Origin: Patescibacteria group bacterium
Lineage (GTDB): Bacteria > Patescibacteriota > Minisyncoccia > Phycocordibacterales > Phycocordibacteraceae
Assembly (NCBI GenBank): GCA_018823385.1
Contig: JAHJIK010000049.1
Coordinates: forward strand, 1-28,846
DNA length: 28,846 bases
Direction: 5' to 3'
In this document: positions 26,538 to 28,846 of the stretch, in pieces
Layout: each line of letters begins with the position of its first letter
Position numbering within the stretch: the first letter of the stretch is position 1
Notes under the pieces: generated by a model
The model's database searches: none
Seen by the model: the letters and a program-made list of their open reading frames with translations, nothing else
What the model was told of the DNA's origin: nothing
Translations under genes and position numbers: made by a program

Positions 26538-28691
26538 ATGAAAAAGGTTACCTACTGGGCAGTCATCGGTTCACTCTTTATTATTCCGTTCCTTCCTTTA
26601 TATGTTGCTAATTCTCAGTTCTTTCCGTTTATAACCGGCAAGGGATTCATGTTTAGAATCCTGGTTGAGATTGCCGTAATTGGGTGGGGAGTACTTATGC
26701 TCGCAGATACAAAGTATCGTCCAAAGTTTTCATGGATTCTTGTCGTCTACGCAGCTCTCGTCGTTTGGATGCTGTTGGCTGATCTCTTTGGGATCAATCC
26801 GCACAAAGCTATATGGAGCAACTACGAGCGAATGGACGGATGGGTGACTCTCGTACACGTATTTGGTTTCTTCCTTGTTTCAAGTACGGTACTTACCGTT
26901 CACTCACTGTGGAAGAAGTGGTGGCTCGCATTTGTGGCAGGCTCAGCGCTCGTTGCATTTGTTGCGCTACTACAGCTCTCTGGGGTGCTGCCGATTAATC
27001 AGGGCGGAGTACGTGTTGACTCTACATTTGGTAACGCAGCGTATCTTGCAGCGTATCTTCTCTTCGCTGCCGCTATTGCGTTCTGGCAGGCTCTTGAGTC
27101 AAAGGAAAAATGGTTACGATATGCACTGTTCGCTCTCGCCGCAATCAACACCATTATTCTGTTCTTCACCGCTACTCGTGGTGCGATGCTTGCGGCCATA
27201 GGTGGGGTAATTGCGGCAACCGCACTCTTTGCGCTACTGGGATCAAATAAGACTATCAAGAAAATCGCTCTCGGCTCACTTGCTGCAGTTATTGTTCTGG
27301 CAGGATCGTTCTGGATGGTTCGAGATAGTGAGTGGGTGCAGAGTGACCCAACTCTTGGACGTCTGGCCTCAATCTCACTCTCTGAAGGTTCTACTCGTTT
27401 TGCAATATGGAATATTGCTGGCATTGGTATCGCTGAACGTCCAATTCTTGGGTGGGGTCAGGAAGGATTCAACTATGTGTTCAACACATACTACAAGCCA
27501 GATCTATACGCACAGGAAGTATGGTTTGATCGAGCGCACGACGTGTACCTAGATTGGGCGATCGCGGGAGGTGTTCCTGCACTTGTTCTCTTCTTAACTC
27601 TTCTCATCCTTACAGGACTAACCCTCCTTCGTTCAAAGAAACTGAGTCAGCCTGAACGAGTGCTTCTTGTGTCGGCGCTCGGAGCATACGCATTCCAGGC
27701 TATCTTCGTGTTTGATAACCTGTTTACCTATATTCCACTCGCGGCAATCTTTGCCGTAGCGCACGTAGCGTCATCAAGAGATATTGCGCGTATTCAGAAA
27801 CTACCAACTGTTCACCCTGCAACACTACAAAGTGCCGTGGCACCGGTAGCACTAGTGCTTGCTATCGTCATTGTGTGGAGTGTAAACATTCCTGCAATGC
27901 GCGCATCAAACCACCTGCTCTATGCGCTATCACCATCACAAGACGGAAGTAACAGTGTTGATGAGTTTAAGAAAACACTTGCAGACGGCTCGTACGCCAC
28001 ACAGGAAATTCGCGAGTACCTCGTTCAGCATTCAGTTGGACTCATTAGTAATCAAAATGTAAGTGACGAAGCAAAACTGGAGGAGGGACAGTTTGCAATC
28101 GAACAAATGAAAATTCAGACCGATGAACAGCCAAATGATATTCGTTTGATGTATCACCTCGCACTCGCGTACCGCGTCATCGGAGACACTGAGAACGCCA
28201 TCAACGTTATGGATGAGGCTATTCTTCTTTCTCCAAAGAAGCAGTTCTTGTATATCCAGAAAGGTTTGACCGCTCTTGAGGCTCAAAATATGCCTCTTGC
28301 CGTGCAATCCTTCGCTGCTGCGTATGAGCTTGATACAAACAATACGGAAGCGGCAAAGTATCTTGCTGCAGGTCTTATACAGGCCGGTGAGTTCAATGCG
28401 GGACAGGCGCTCCTAATGGAAACATTTGGAACTTCAGTGGTTAACGATCAAACACTTCTTCGCGCATACTATGACACCAAACACTTTGATGAATTCATTG
28501 CGATATGGAAACTACGTGTCGAAGAGAGTAACGGAAATCCTGGCGCTCGTTTTGGACTTGCATCAGCGTATGTAGTGGCGGGAAGAATTCCTGAAGCGGT
28601 TGCTGAAATTAAAGCTACCGTCGCCGCACATCCAGAAACAGCTCAACAGGCAGCATCGATGCTCAAGCAGTTAGGTGTGCCAGTGAAATGA
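26538..28691 (+). CDS. O-antigen ligase (Wzy_C) family membrane protein with C-terminal TPR-like repeats
   Basis: About 13 TM helices; RVDSTFGNAAYLA, TATRGA, TRFAIW...ERPILGWGQEGF, FDRAHDVYLD; helical repeats in the last ~200 aa; TG-A-TAGAAT upstream. Confidence 0.88.
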   Translation: MKKVTYWAVIGSLFIIPFLPLYVANSQFFPFITGKGFMFRILVEIAVIGWGVLMLADTKYRPKFSWILVVYAALVVWMLLADLFGINPHKAIWSNYERMDGWVTLVHVFGFFLVSSTVLTVHSLWKKWWLAFVAGSALVAFVALLQLSGVLPINQGGVRVDSTFGNAAYLAAYLLFAAAIAFWQALESKEKWLRYALFALAAINTIILFFTATRGAMLAAIGGVIAATALFALLGSNKTIKKIALGSLAAVIVLAGSFWMVRDSEWVQSDPTLGRLASISLSEGSTRFAIWNIAGIGIAERPILGWGQEGFNYVFNTYYKPDLYAQEVWFDRAHDVYLDWAIAGGVPALVLFLTLLILTGLTLLRSKKLSQPERVLLVSALGAYAFQAIFVFDNLFTYIPLAAIFAVAHVASSRDIARIQKLPTVHPATLQSAVAPVALVLAIVIVWSVNIPAMRASNHLLYALSPSQDGSNSVDEFKKTLADGSYATQEIREYLVQHSVGLISNQNVSDEAKLEEGQFAIEQMKIQTDEQPNDIRLMYHLALAYRVIGDTENAINVMDEAILLSPKKQFLYIQKGLTALEAQNMPLAVQSFAAAYELDTNNTEAAKYLAAGLIQAGEFNAGQALLMETFGTSVVNDQTLLRAYYDTKHFDEFIAIWKLRVEESNGNPGARFGLASAYVVAGRIPEAVAEIKATVAAHPETAQQAASMLKQLGVPVK

Positions 28692-28846
28692 TAGTACGGG
28701 AGAATATTGAACTCTCTACGCTCACCACGCTGCGAATCGGGGGAACTGCTCGATATGTAGTGGAGTGTAGTACGTCAGAGGACGTGCTCGAAGCTGCACT
28801 CTTTATTCGTACCCACAAACTGCCGTATATGGTGTTGGGCGAGGGA
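28688..28846 (+). CDS. murB: UDP-N-acetylenolpyruvoylglucosamine reductase, N-terminal fragment running off the window end
   Basis: MIVRENIELSTLTTLRIGGTARYVVEC...LPYMVLGEG matches the MurB start (EN..L...TT.RIGG.A...VLGxGSN); ATGA overlap with the ligase. Confidence 0.85.
   Translation, partial: MIVRENIELSTLTTLRIGGTARYVVECSTSEDVLEAALFIRTHKLPYMVLGEG

Noticed and set aside
2873-28307. Many other 60-150 aa antisense or alternative-frame ORFs in the track
   Set aside because: All lie within well-supported genes and read as shadow frames.

Overview
Chromosomal window from a Patescibacteria/CPR bacterium, most likely Parcubacteria/Paceibacteria. This is inferred from 16S signatures and gene content. 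The window opens with a 5'-truncated 16S rRNA gene that has no 23S behind it and has lost the anti-Shine-Dalgarno tail. Its first ~165-200 nt look like a chimeric, Desulfovibrionales-like segment. Next come a structured trailer, a coiled-coil repeat gene, tRNA-Ile(GAU), a PrcB-C protein, murD-murC, a DUF218-like gene, rsmI, a frameshifted small membrane gene, a TrwB/TraG-like ATPase and a lamin-tail/PKD surface protein. A ~18.5 kb surface-glycan locus follows. It holds an epimerase, five GT4s, two methyltransferases, a GT47-like enzyme, a Wzx flippase, a TagB/F-like GT-B protein, an SDR, a Gfo/Idh/MocA oxidoreductase, NeuA, a pyruvyl transferase, an inverted GC-rich NeuB and a Wzy_C ligase-TPR protein. 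The window ends in the start of murB. Best leads: (i) a candidate nonulosonic-acid protein-glycosylation system with an unusual NeuB and an orphan candidate transferase; (ii) SD-independent translation (leaderless starts, coupled starts) with two SD-led exceptions; (iii) a structured RNA after the 16S. No CRISPR array or mobile element is supported.
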